Source of the DNA: Candidatus Gastranaerophilales bacterium | GTDB taxonomy: Bacteria > Cyanobacteriota > Vampirovibrionia > Gastranaerophilales > Gastranaerophilaceae | DNA length: 64,000 bases | Reading direction: 5' to 3' | Assembly (NCBI GenBank): GCA_944324865.1 | Contig: CALUXW010000004.1 | Coordinates: 7,378 to 71,377, forward strand | Part shown: piece by piece, positions 1 to 9,310 of the stretch | How the letters are laid out: each line of letters opens with the position of its first letter | Numbering within the stretch: the stretch's first letter is position 1 | Program-made: the position numbers and the translations under genes | Notes under the pieces: model-generated | The model's database searches: none | What the model was told of the DNA's origin: nothing | The model's input: the letters and a program-made list of their open reading frames with translations, nothing else

Positions 1-152
1 TCCCCCAAAAGTTTAGAATAAATTTCGGATAATTCATCATTATTATACAAGGCATTAAGATTTGAAAATAAAGAGGCAAAATTATCTTGAGATTTTCTAA
101 TCTCATCTTGGATTTCAAAGATGATTTCACCCGATAACTTTTTATTGCCCAT
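1..152 (-). CDS. hypothetical protein, N-terminal fragment (gene runs off the left edge)
   Basis: ATG at 150-152 on the minus strand opens a frame with no stop down to position 1 (MGNKKLSGEIIFEIQDEIRKSQDNFASLFSNLNALYNNDELSEIYSKLLG...). It is below the ORF-track length cut-off and has no recognisable motif. Confidence 0.3.
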   Translation of the reverse strand, partial: MGNKKLSGEIIFEIQDEIRKSQDNFASLFSNLNALYNNDELSEIYSKLLG

Positions 153-228
153 CAATTAACCCAACATCATAACCTAACTATAGTATAGTTGAGAAATTTT
201 AAAAAACAATATGTACTTATAAATTTTA

Positions 229-237
229 TGTTAAAAT
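229..237 (+). promoter_or_regulatory. extended -10 element TGtTAAAAT, 6 nt upstream of the dgt ATG (leaderless geometry)
   Basis: tg at 229-230 and taaaat at 232-237, then ttcaat and ATG at 244. No Shine-Dalgarno in between. Confidence 0.4.
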
Positions 238-243
238 TTCAAT

Positions 244-1194
244 ATGTCATCAATTAACAATTTAAATGAAATTAAAAAACTTTTATATAAAAAAGAAGAA
301 TTGCTCTCAGAATATGCTCAAAAATCCATAAATTCTCTCGGCAGAAATAAGGAAGAAAAAACGAATGATCCCTTTAGAACAGAATTTCAAATAGATAAAG
401 AGCGCATAATAAATTCAAAAGCTTTCAGAAGACTTAAAAGAAAAACTCAAGTATTTTATACACCCAAAAACGATCATTTGAGAACACGCCTTACGCATAC
501 TCTTGAAGTGTCGCAAATCTCAAGGACTCTTGCCAACATTCTAAATTTAAATGAAGATTTAACAGAAGCCATAGCACTCGGGCATGACTTAGGACATGCA
601 CCATTTGGCCATAGCGGTGAAGAAGCACTTATGAATATAACTCGTAATGGCTTTAAACATAATACTCATAGCGTAAGGGTGGTTGAAGTTATAGAAAACT
701 TAAATCTTAGTAAAGAAACTCTTGATGGCATTTTAAACCACACAGGAATAGGTAGACCTTTCACTCTTGAAGGACAAATTGTAAAAATTGCAGATAGAAT
801 TGCATATTTAAATCACGACATTGAAGATGCAATAAGAGAAGATATAATTAAAGAAAGTGATATACCAAAAGAATTTCAAGATTACTTTGGTAATACTAAA
901 TTTGAACGAATCAACACTGTTGTAAAAGATATATATTTAAACAGCATAAACCAAGACGAAATAAGGATGTCAGAAATTTGTGTAAACTTTTTAAACAATT
1001 TAAGGTCATGGATGTTTAAAAATGTTTATTTTAATGATAAAACAAAGCAGGAAGAATACAGGATTAAAAAAATAGTTTCAGAATTATTTGAGTATTACAA
1101 AAATCTTTACGGCGAACAGGGGGCAATAGATTACGTTGCCGGCATGAGTGATCAGTTCGCCATTAAAACCCATAAGGAAATATGTCAGAAGTAA
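244..1194 (+). CDS. dgt: dGTPase-like HD-domain deoxynucleoside triphosphate triphosphohydrolase
   Basis: HD-domain motifs RLTHTLEVSQISRTLA and LGHDLGHAPFGHSGE. Sits first in a dgt-dnaG-rpoD arrangement. Confidence 0.85.
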   Translation: MSSINNLNEIKKLLYKKEELLSEYAQKSINSLGRNKEEKTNDPFRTEFQIDKERIINSKAFRRLKRKTQVFYTPKNDHLRTRLTHTLEVSQISRTLANILNLNEDLTEAIALGHDLGHAPFGHSGEEALMNITRNGFKHNTHSVRVVEVIENLNLSKETLDGILNHTGIGRPFTLEGQIVKIADRIAYLNHDIEDAIREDIIKESDIPKEFQDYFGNTKFERINTVVKDIYLNSINQDEIRMSEICVNFLNNLRSWMFKNVYFNDKTKQEEYRIKKIVSELFEYYKNLYGEQGAIDYVAGMSDQFAIKTHKEICQK

Positions 1195-3059
1195 CTTACG
1201 GCCAAGCAGTTGAGCAAATAAAAAACAGTCTTGATATTGTAGATGTGGTTTCAAAATATGTTGTATTAAAGAAAGCAGGTCACAATTACAGTGGCTTATG
1301 CCCATTTCATAACGAAAAAACACCCTCATTTATAGTAACGCCTTCACGTCAAATTTTTAAGTGTTTTGGTTGTGGAGAAGGAGGAGACGTGTTGGCTTTT
1401 TTAATGAAAATCAATAACCAAAGTTTTAAAGAAGTCATAGAAGAGCAAGCAGAAATTTTAGGAATAGAACTACCAAAAAGTTCTAAAAATAAACAAAATT
1501 TCAAACAAGAAAAAGATCGTCTTTTAGGTGCAATGGATGAAGCGATGAAGTTTTATCACAAAAAACTGCAAGAGAACGAACGTGCACTTGAATACCTTGA
1601 AAAAAGAGGAGTGGGAGAAATTGCAATAAATATGTTTTTCCTAGGGATGGCACCAAACTCAAACTTTGAACTCAAAGAGCATCTTAGGACAAAAGGCTAC
1701 ACAAACGATGAAATGTACAAAGCTGGGCTGTTATATGAAAAAAATGGAGATTTTTTGGATAGATTCAAAAATCGTATTATAATTCCAATAACTGATGCAA
1801 ACTCAAATACCATAGCCTTTGGCGCACGTGCAATAATGGACGGACAAAACCCAAAATATTTAAACTCGCCTGACTCATCAATATATAACAAAAGCAATGT
1901 GCTTTTTGGCTTAAATCGAGCAAAAGAATATATTAAACAAGAAGATTCTGCAATAATTATGGAAGGTTACTTTGACGTAATTTCTGCACATGTTGCAGGA
2001 GTAAAAAATGCTGTTGCTTCTTGTGGCACAGCTCTTACTCCTCAGCACATAAAACTAATTGCTCGCTATAGTTCATCAAGAAAAATATATTTAGCCTTTG
2101 ATTCCGACTCAGCGGGACAAAAGGCTACAAATGCAGGTGCTGAAGTAATTAAAAATATTTTCTCAAGTCTTGGCGACATTAAACAGTACGATTCAAGTTA
2201 TAATCAGAATGATAATTCTGTTTGCGAAATTCGTGTAGTATCACAAATAGGAGGCAAGGACCCTGACGAATTTATAAGAGAATTTGGAGCACAAGAATAC
2301 AAACAACACATTAAAAGCGCACCATTATTTCTTGATTACAGGTTAAATAAAGTTATTGAAGATATAAACCCAGACACAACTCCACAACAAAAAAGCGAAA
2401 TAGTACAACAAATAGCTGAAATTTTATCAGAAATTCAAAATCCTGTAATTTTATCCGATTATATCAGAAACACAGCATTTAAATTAAATCTCGATGAAGA
2501 AATACTTAAATCATTGATACAAAAAACAAAATATAAAAATGATTCTTTTGAAGAAAATAACAATATCCAGCAAAGTTTCATATCGCGACAAGCTTCAAAA
2601 GACTTAAAAACCAGATACACACTTATGGAAAACAACCTTATCAAGCTTGCATTTGTTGCAAATACTCCAGAAAAAAGAAGTTTTTATTTGAATGCAATAA
2701 GGACTTATAAACCGCATGATCAAATTAATTCAACAATTATTTCATCCATTGACAAAGCTTTTGGTGAAGTAAATAATATTGATGAACTAGCAAAAAAACT
2801 TTTTTGCGAGTTTTACAACAATACAGATATACAACAAAAATTATCAGATGAGATTTTTTCATCAACAGAATATGAAAACCTAGATTATGAAAATTATATA
2901 CAAGCCGTTAATGAAATTTTTGAAAGGCTTAACAGCATAAGCAATAAGCTTGAGAAAAACGAACTTAGGCAAAAAATAAAAGATAAAAGTCTAAGCGAGG
3001 ATGAAAAGCTTAAAATACTTTTGAGGCAATTTGAAGCAAACAGAATGGAGACAATTTAA
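1182..3059 (+). CDS. dnaG: DNA primase
   Basis: CHC2 zinc finger ([11 protein letters not shown]...[11 protein letters not shown]) and a TOPRIM region ([18 protein letters not shown]). SD aaggaa precedes the ATG. Overlaps dgt by 13 nt. Confidence 0.95.
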   Translation: MSEVTYGQAVEQIKNSLDIVDVVSKYVVLKKAGHNYSGLCPFHNEKTPSFIVTPSRQIFKCFGCGEGGDVLAFLMKINNQSFKEVIEEQAEILGIELPKSSKNKQNFKQEKDRLLGAMDEAMKFYHKKLQENERALEYLEKRGVGEIAINMFFLGMAPNSNFELKEHLRTKGYTNDEMYKAGLLYEKNGDFLDRFKNRIIIPITDANSNTIAFGARAIMDGQNPKYLNSPDSSIYNKSNVLFGLNRAKEYIKQEDSAIIMEGYFDVISAHVAGVKNAVASCGTALTPQHIKLIARYSSSRKIYLAFDSDSAGQKATNAGAEVIKNIFSSLGDIKQYDSSYNQNDNSVCEIRVVSQIGGKDPDEFIREFGAQEYKQHIKSAPLFLDYRLNKVIEDINPDTTPQQKSEIVQQIAEILSEIQNPVILSDYIRNTAFKLNLDEEILKSLIQKTKYKNDSFEENNNIQQSFISRQASKDLKTRYTLMENNLIKLAFVANTPEKRSFYLNAIRTYKPHDQINSTIISSIDKAFGEVNNIDELAKKLFCEFYNNTDIQQKLSDEIFSSTEYENLDYENYIQAVNEIFERLNSISNKLEKNELRQKIKDKSLSEDEKLKILLRQFEANRMETI

Positions 3060-4132
3060 TGAGCAGAAAAAGAAATTCCGATGATTCAGTTATAAGTGTT
3101 ATTGATAAAAACTCAGACATGATGAGTGAAGATAGTTATTTCGACTCAACAGGGCTTGAGACTGATAACATCAGCAACATTATAAGCAATCATGGTGTAA
3201 GCCAAATGGATGCCGGTCTTTCTGGTGGTTTTTTTGATAAAGAAGATGAAGAAGATGCGCAAGAAGGAGATATTACACCACCAAGAGGAATTTCGGTTGA
3301 TGACCCCGTAAGAATGTACTTAAGAGAAATAGGACGAATTAAACTTTTAACCGCTGATGAAGAAATTGACTTGGCAAGAAAAATTGTCGCAGGTGGTGCA
3401 CCAGGTGTCATAGCAAAAAGAAAACTTGTTCAAGCAAACTTGCGTCTTGTTGTTTCCATTGCAAAAAAATATGTAGGACGTGGCATGCTCTTTTTAGATT
3501 TGATTCAAGAAGGCAATTTAGGACTTATTCGTGCTGCAGAAAAATTTGACCACGAAAGAGGTTATAAATTTTCGACATATGCAACTTGGTGGATCAGACA
3601 AGCCATAACTCGTGCTATTGCAGATCAGGCAAGAACAATAAGAATTCCTGTTCATATGGTTGAAACAATTAATAAACTTAAAAAAGTCACAAGAAAGCTT
3701 GCACAAGAGTTAGCAAGAAAACCAACCGAAGAAGAACTATCTGTAGAAATGGGTATTTCAATCAATAAATTAAGAGAAATCATTAAAGTTGCTCAAGAAC
3801 CATTATCTCTTGAAACGCCAATAGGTAAAGAAGAAGACTCTCGCCTTGGCGATTTTATTGAGGATAAAGATGCGGATGCTCCGGTTAAAACAGTGGCACA
3901 CGAACTTTTAAGAGAAGACTTGGCAGAAGTTTTGGGAAGCTTGTCTGCACGTGAACGTGATGTTTTAAGATTGCGATTTGGCATGGATGACGGCAGACAA
4001 AGAACTCTTGAAGAAGTTGGACAACTATTTGGTGTCACACGTGAGCGTATCAGGCAAATTGAAGCAAAAGCTTTAAGAAAATTAAGACATCCTAATCGCT
4101 CAAAAAGATTAAAAGAGTATATTGAAGTATAA
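3059..4132 (+). CDS. rpoD: RNA polymerase primary sigma factor (sigma-70 family)
   Basis: Region 2 [27 protein letters not shown], plus regions 3 and 4 ([27 protein letters not shown]). TAATG junction with dnaG. Confidence 0.95.
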   Translation: MSRKRNSDDSVISVIDKNSDMMSEDSYFDSTGLETDNISNIISNHGVSQMDAGLSGGFFDKEDEEDAQEGDITPPRGISVDDPVRMYLREIGRIKLLTADEEIDLARKIVAGGAPGVIAKRKLVQANLRLVVSIAKKYVGRGMLFLDLIQEGNLGLIRAAEKFDHERGYKFSTYATWWIRQAITRAIADQARTIRIPVHMVETINKLKKVTRKLAQELARKPTEEELSVEMGISINKLREIIKVAQEPLSLETPIGKEEDSRLGDFIEDKDADAPVKTVAHELLREDLAEVLGSLSARERDVLRLRFGMDDGRQRTLEEVGQLFGVTRERIRQIEAKALRKLRHPNRSKRLKEYIEV

Positions 4133-4137
4133 AAAAT

Positions 4138-4162
4138 GCGGGCTTAAAAACCCGCTTTTTTT
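4138..4162 (+). terminator. Rho-independent terminator after rpoD
   Basis: gcggg (4138-4142) pairs with cccgc (4151-4155), followed by a T7 run at 4156-4162. Confidence 0.7.
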
Positions 4163-4190
4163 ATATTTAAAACTGTTGTATAATAGCCCT

Positions 4191-4763
4191 ATGAAAGAAA
4201 AAAAGGCAAAATTATACGTAATAACAGGGCCCTCTGGTGTCGGTAAAGGCACAGTACTTACTAAATTTTTTGAAAAAAACAAAAATGATATTATTTATTC
4301 TGTTTCTGCCACAACAAGAAAACCTAGAATTGGTGAAAAAGACGGAATAAATTATTTTTTTGTTTCAAAAGAAGAATTTGAAAATGAAATAAAAAACAAT
4401 GAGTTTTTGGAATGGGCAAAATATTCTGACAACTATTATGGAACAAAAAAAAGTTTTGTTTTAAATTCCCTCAAGCAAGGAATAAGTGTAATACTTGAAA
4501 TAGAAACTCAAGGTGCTAAAAAGGTTATGGAACAATTCCATGATTGTGTTTCAATTTTTATTATGCCACCAAATATGGATGAACTTGAAAAACGTTTAAG
4601 AGGCAGAAAAACAGAATCAGAAGAAATGATTTTAAAACGTTTGGATGCTGTCAAAAAAGAGCTTGAAGAATCTAAAAATTATAAATATATCGTAATAAAT
4701 GATAAATTAGACAAAGCTTTTGAGCAATTGCAACATATATACGAGAAAGAAAGGTTAATATGA
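4191..4763 (+). CDS. gmk: guanylate kinase
   Basis: P-loop YVITGPSGVGKGT and SATTRKPR motif. Start moved from the ORF-track 4122 to ATG 4191, because 4122-4190 overlaps the rpoD terminator and TATAAT (4179-4184) lies 6 nt upstream of 4191. Confidence 0.9.
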   Translation: MKEKKAKLYVITGPSGVGKGTVLTKFFEKNKNDIIYSVSATTRKPRIGEKDGINYFFVSKEEFENEIKNNEFLEWAKYSDNYYGTKKSFVLNSLKQGISVILEIETQGAKKVMEQFHDCVSIFIMPPNMDELEKRLRGRKTESEEMILKRLDAVKKELEESKNYKYIVINDKLDKAFEQLQHIYEKERLI

Positions 4764-5923
4764 AAAACATCTTAATCGGCATTAGCTCATCTATTGCGGC
4801 ATATAAAGTTTGCGAACTTATAAGAATGTATAAAAAATCAAATTTTGAAGTTAAGGTTGTAATGACACCCGAGGCAAAAAACTTTGTAACCCCGTTGACT
4901 TTGCAAACACTAAGTTGTAACAATGTCTATTGCGAACAATTTAACCCTAAAAGTACAACGGAGCACATTAGCTTATGCGAGTGGGCTGATGTTTTTTTAA
5001 TAGCACCACTAAGCGCAAATACTTTAAGCAAAATAGCCCTTGGCATATGTGACAATCTTTTAACATCTGTTTTTTGTGCTTATTTGGGTTATAAAAAACC
5101 AATAATACTTGCGCCTGCAATGAATACAGGTATGTGGGAAAACCCTTTTGTACAGGAAAATCTTGAAAAGCTAAAAGATTTTGGATGCGAGGTATTGGAG
5201 CCTGAAAGTGGTTTTCTTGCCTGTGGCTCAAGTGACAAGGGTAGACTATGCTCTTTAGATAAAATATTTGAAGCAGTCGACAAAAATAACCACCTGAAAG
5301 GTAAAAAAATTGTAATTACGGCTGGAGGAACAAAAGAACCAATTGATCCTGTTCGTTATATTTCAAATTCATCGTCTGGAAAAATGGGCACTGCACTTGC
5401 AGATTTAGCTTTTGAACAAGGTGCTTGCGTAACTCTTATATCGACATTTGAAACTAAAAAACCATACAAGGTAATCTTAGCAACAGATGCGCAAACAATG
5501 CTTGATAAAACCAGAGATGAGTTTATAAAAAATAAAGCAAACATTTTAATTATGGCAGCAGCAGTAAGTGATTACAAAGTTAAAAACTATTCAGAAAATA
5601 AAATAACAAAAGAACAAGCAGGGCAAAGTTTTACACTTCAACTTATTCAAAACCCTGACATTTTAAAGACAGTGTGCAAAGAAAAAAATGAAAATCAAAC
5701 TGTAATAGGTTTTTGTCTTTCAAGCGAGAATATTATAGAAAGCGCAAAAGAAAAAATTAAATCAAAGGGCTGCGATTTAATAGTTGCAAACGATGCTAAA
5801 ACCGCACTCGGGAGTGACGAAAATGAAGTTTGGATAATAGATAAATTACAAAACATTCAAAAAATAGAAAAAACAAGCAAAAGAAATGTAGCGTGTGCAA
5901 TTTTGGAGAAGTTATATGATTAA
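4760..5923 (+). CDS. coaBC: bifunctional phosphopantothenoylcysteine decarboxylase / phosphopantothenate-cysteine ligase
   Basis: N-terminal flavoprotein domain (GISSSIAAYKVCELIR, PAMNTGMW) and C-terminal DFP domain (ITAGGTKEPIDPVRYISNSSSGKMG, AAAVSDYK). ATGA overlap with gmk. Confidence 0.9.
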   Translation: MKNILIGISSSIAAYKVCELIRMYKKSNFEVKVVMTPEAKNFVTPLTLQTLSCNNVYCEQFNPKSTTEHISLCEWADVFLIAPLSANTLSKIALGICDNLLTSVFCAYLGYKKPIILAPAMNTGMWENPFVQENLEKLKDFGCEVLEPESGFLACGSSDKGRLCSLDKIFEAVDKNNHLKGKKIVITAGGTKEPIDPVRYISNSSSGKMGTALADLAFEQGACVTLISTFETKKPYKVILATDAQTMLDKTRDEFIKNKANILIMAAAVSDYKVKNYSENKITKEQAGQSFTLQLIQNPDILKTVCKEKNENQTVIGFCLSSENIIESAKEKIKSKGCDLIVANDAKTALGSDENEVWIIDKLQNIQKIEKTSKRNVACAILEKLYD

Positions 5924-6653
5924 AACAGAGGAAATTATTTCAAAAATAGAAAAGTATGCATCACCTGATTTAGCAGAAAACTGGGATAATACGGGCTGGC
6001 AAATCAACTTGCATCATGATTATGCAAATCGTGTACTTATAGCACTTTCTTTTACAAAGGAAGTGCTGGAACAAGCTATAACAAACGATTGCGACCTTAT
6101 TATAACCCATCATCCCCCAATTTTTCATAAATTAAATAAAATCGATAGCAACATCTTAATACAAGCAATTAAACACAATATTTGCGTATACAGTGCACAT
6201 ACAAATTTAGACAAAACTTATGGTTCAACAACTGATGCACTTTGTGGTGTTTTAGGTTTAAAAAATCTGATAACTGTAAACGACTATATTAAAATTTCTC
6301 ATTTAAAAGATGAAATAGCCCTTGAAGAGTTTGTGTCAGGCATAAAACAATCACTAAACTCTGAAAGAATAAAACTTATAAATCCATCAAACGTACAAAC
6401 CGTAAGAAATGTTGCCATTTGTGCAGGAGCAGGTGGTAGTTACATTGAAGCATTGAATGACTATGATGTAGATTTATATATTACTGGGGACATAAAATTT
6501 CATGCAGCGCTTGAAGTAGACGGCTTTGCGGTAGCAGACATAGGTCACTTTGAATCTGAATTGCCGGTTTTACCACTAATTCAGGGATTAATAGCTAAGA
6601 CCGGTGTAGAAACAATAATAGCAAGAGAACAAGTGCCTTGGATTTATATATAA
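5916..6653 (+). CDS. NIF3-family protein (GTP cyclohydrolase 1 type 2 homologue)
   Basis: NWDNTGWQI, ITHHPPIF, AHTNLD and DIGHFESE motifs. Start set at ATG 5916, which has ggagaa 6 nt upstream, rather than 5895. Confidence 0.8.
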   Translation: MIKTEEIISKIEKYASPDLAENWDNTGWQINLHHDYANRVLIALSFTKEVLEQAITNDCDLIITHHPPIFHKLNKIDSNILIQAIKHNICVYSAHTNLDKTYGSTTDALCGVLGLKNLITVNDYIKISHLKDEIALEEFVSGIKQSLNSERIKLINPSNVQTVRNVAICAGAGGSYIEALNDYDVDLYITGDIKFHAALEVDGFAVADIGHFESELPVLPLIQGLIAKTGVETIIAREQVPWIYI

Positions 6654-6662
6654 GGAGAAAAA

Positions 6663-7769
6663 ATGTCATTACGCTTTTTAACATCAGGAGAATCACATGG
6701 TGAGTGTTTAAACGCAATAATTGAGGGTATTGGTGCAAATTTTGAACTTGATTTTGATTTTATAAACTCAGAATTAAAAGAAAGACAGGGTGGAATTGGA
6801 CGTGGCGAAAGAATGAAAATTGAATCCGATTTAATTCATTTCAACTCAGGTGTCAGATTTGCAAAAACTACAGGAGCACCAATTTGCATAGAAATTAAAA
6901 ATTATGACTACAAAAACTGGCTCATACCAATGAGCGTAGAGAAATTAAATATTGAGTTACTTAGCAAAAAAGAAAAAGAGCTCCTTAAATCAAAAGAAAT
7001 CGAAAATATACGCCCCGGACATGCGGATTTTGCAGGTGCCATAAAATACAATCAAAAGGACATAAGAAACATTTTAGAACGTTCAAGTGCAAGAGAAACA
7101 GCTACTAGAGTTGCACTTGGGGCAATTTGTCAAAATATTCTTAAAAACTTTGGCATAGAATTTTTATCTGAAGTCATTAGTATAGGCACAGAAGAAAACC
7201 CTCAGAAATTTGAGGCGAAAATTAAAGAAGCTCAAGAACTTGGTGAGAGTTTAGGCGGCAAAATAAAAATCACTATAAAAAACCCACCAATAGGTCTTGG
7301 CAGTTTTGTGCACTGGGACAGAAGACTTGATGGCAGGCTTGCTCAAGCAGTTATGAGTGTTCCTGCCATAAAAAGTGTTGAAATAGGTCTTGGAGCAAAA
7401 TGTTCAGATAGGTTTGGGTCTCTTGTACATGATGAAATATTTTTAGATGAAAATAAGAGAATTTTAAGAAAAACCAATAATGCAGGTGGTATTGAAGGTG
7501 GCATGACAAATGGTGAAGACATTATTATAGGCGCATCAATGAAACCTATACCAACAATGAAAAAAGCTTTAAGATCAATAAACTTAAACACCAAAGAAGT
7601 CACAAGCGCACATTTTGAAAGAGCGGACACTTGCGCAGTGCATGCATGCGCAGTTGTAGTTAAAAATATGTGCGCAATAATAATTTTAGACGCCTTTTTC
7701 GACAAATTCGGTTGCGACAATTATGATGAAATAAAAAAGAACTTTCAAAACAATGCAAAAAAAATATGA
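6663..7769 (+). CDS. aroC: chorismate synthase
   Basis: MSLRFLTSGESHG, RPGHADF and SARETATRVA motifs. SD aaggag at 6653-6658. Confidence 0.95.
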   Translation: MSLRFLTSGESHGECLNAIIEGIGANFELDFDFINSELKERQGGIGRGERMKIESDLIHFNSGVRFAKTTGAPICIEIKNYDYKNWLIPMSVEKLNIELLSKKEKELLKSKEIENIRPGHADFAGAIKYNQKDIRNILERSSARETATRVALGAICQNILKNFGIEFLSEVISIGTEENPQKFEAKIKEAQELGESLGGKIKITIKNPPIGLGSFVHWDRRLDGRLAQAVMSVPAIKSVEIGLGAKCSDRFGSLVHDEIFLDENKRILRKTNNAGGIEGGMTNGEDIIIGASMKPIPTMKKALRSINLNTKEVTSAHFERADTCAVHACAVVVKNMCAIIILDAFFDKFGCDNYDEIKKNFQNNAKKI

Positions 7770-8265
7770 AAACATAATTCTTACAGGAATGATGGGCTCC
7801 GGCAAAACAAGCACAGGCAAAGAGCTTGCTATTTTACTAAATTACAATTTTATTGATTTAGATGAAATTATAGAAAAAAATTACGGCAAAATAAATGATA
7901 TTTTTACTCAAAAAGGCGAAGATTATTTTAGAAAACTTGAATCGCAAGAACTCGAAAAACTTAAACAAAAAAAGGGCTTTGTACTATCAACGGGCGGTGG
8001 AGTAATTTTGCAAGACAAAAATACAAAAATACTCAGAAAACTCGGCAAGATATTTTACCTGAGTGCAAAAAGCGAAACAATATATGAAAGAATAAAAAAT
8101 CAAAAACACAGACCACTCTTGGACACCAAAGACCCTAAAAAAACCATAGAAGATATTTTAAGAAAAAGACTTGAAAAATATAAAAAGTCAGGCAAAGAAA
8201 TAATAACAGACAACAAAAGTGCAAAAGAAGTTGCAGGAGAAATTTATGAAATGCTTATGCGTTAA
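7753..8265 (+). CDS. aroK: shikimate kinase
   Basis: P-loop LTGMMGSGKTSTGKELA, STGGG motif, about 170 aa. Confidence 0.85.
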   Translation: MQKKYENIILTGMMGSGKTSTGKELAILLNYNFIDLDEIIEKNYGKINDIFTQKGEDYFRKLESQELEKLKQKKGFVLSTGGGVILQDKNTKILRKLGKIFYLSAKSETIYERIKNQKHRPLLDTKDPKKTIEDILRKRLEKYKKSGKEIITDNKSAKEVAGEIYEMLMR

Positions 8266-9310
8266 TCTAAAAAAAGAAACTGATTTATCATATCCGATTT
8301 TAATACAACGTGGAATTCTGAACGATATCGAAAGTCAACTTGAAGATAGAAGATATTTTTTAATAACAAATAATAAAATTGCAAAAATTTACCCCAATTT
8401 TATATCAAAATTTAATAAAAATCGCACAATAATTATAAGAGACGGGGAAAAATACAAAAATTTAAAAACAGTTGAGTACATTTTAAACAAATTACTTGAT
8501 TGTAAAATAGAAAGAAAAGACTGTATTATAGCATTTGGCGGTGGTGTGACGGGTGATATGGCAGGCTATTGTGCTGCAACAATTCTAAGAGGTATTGATT
8601 TCATACAAATTCCAACTACATTACTCTCGCAAGTAGACTCATCAGTTGGAGGCAAAACCGGGTTTAATAATAAGCACGGCAAAAATTTAATCGGCGCATT
8701 TTATCAACCTAAAAAAGTTTTAATTGATCCCAATGTTTTAACAACATTAACATATAAAGATTTCCAATGTGGTCTTGGCGAAGTAATAAAATACGCTTTT
8801 ATAGAAAAAAGTTGCAAAGCAAAAGATTATTTTAATCTTTTTGAACTTTTAGAAAATACTTCCCTCAATGAGGTTAAAACCAAGATAGAAGAAATTATTT
8901 TTGCTTGCATTAGTCTAAAGGCCGCAGTTGTTGAACAAGATGAAAAAGAAAAAGGGTTAAGGACAATTTTAAATTTAGGACACACTTATGCTCACGCATT
9001 TGAAACAATATCAAATTATAAAATAGCCCATGGGCAAGCTGTAGCAGCAGGTATCAAAATGGCGCTAAAAGCATCTTTAATAAAAGGAATAATAAATGAA
9101 AAATATTACAACTATGGAGTAAATTTAATTGATAAATTCGAACTTGCACCTAAATTAAAAAATATTAATACAAAAAAAATTATCAAAATTATGAAATCCG
9201 ATAAAAAAGTTCAGAATTCAAAAATCAATCTTATACTACCTCGCTCAGCTGCTCGAGTTGCGCTCTTTGACGATATTGACGAGCTTTTAATAAAAGACTC
9301 TCTGCTTTAA
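8246..9310 (+). CDS. aroB: 3-dehydroquinate synthase
   Basis: GGGVTGDMAGYCAA, DSSVGGKTG and LNLGHTYAHAFE motifs. Start placed at ATG 8246 (ggaga 6 nt upstream) rather than 8219. Confidence 0.9.
   Translation: MKCLCVNLKKETDLSYPILIQRGILNDIESQLEDRRYFLITNNKIAKIYPNFISKFNKNRTIIIRDGEKYKNLKTVEYILNKLLDCKIERKDCIIAFGGGVTGDMAGYCAATILRGIDFIQIPTTLLSQVDSSVGGKTGFNNKHGKNLIGAFYQPKKVLIDPNVLTTLTYKDFQCGLGEVIKYAFIEKSCKAKDYFNLFELLENTSLNEVKTKIEEIIFACISLKAAVVEQDEKEKGLRTILNLGHTYAHAFETISNYKIAHGQAVAAGIKMALKASLIKGIINEKYYNYGVNLIDKFELAPKLKNINTKKIIKIMKSDKKVQNSKINLILPRSAARVALFDDIDELLIKDSLL

Noticed and set aside
1084-1329. Many 60-180-aa ORFs in the track lie antisense to or out of frame within strongly supported genes. Examples: 1084-1329, 3190-3411, 7343-7720, 11855-12250, 23320-23859, 32639-33067, 34634-34960 and 57052-57282.
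   Set aside because: Each is nested inside a gene with clear family motifs. They lack SD or promoter context and have odd composition. They are the shadow frames expected in AT-rich DNA.
4122-4190. Longer N-terminal extensions offered by the ORF track for gmk (4122), NIF3 (5895), aroB (8219), hpt (13510), TPR (21988), gshB (22106), membrane protein A (23183) and the PARP-like protein (63710).
   Set aside because: The extensions overlap terminators or upstream genes and encode implausible hydrophobic or AT-biased peptides. The internal ATGs have an SD or -10 context and match family N-termini.
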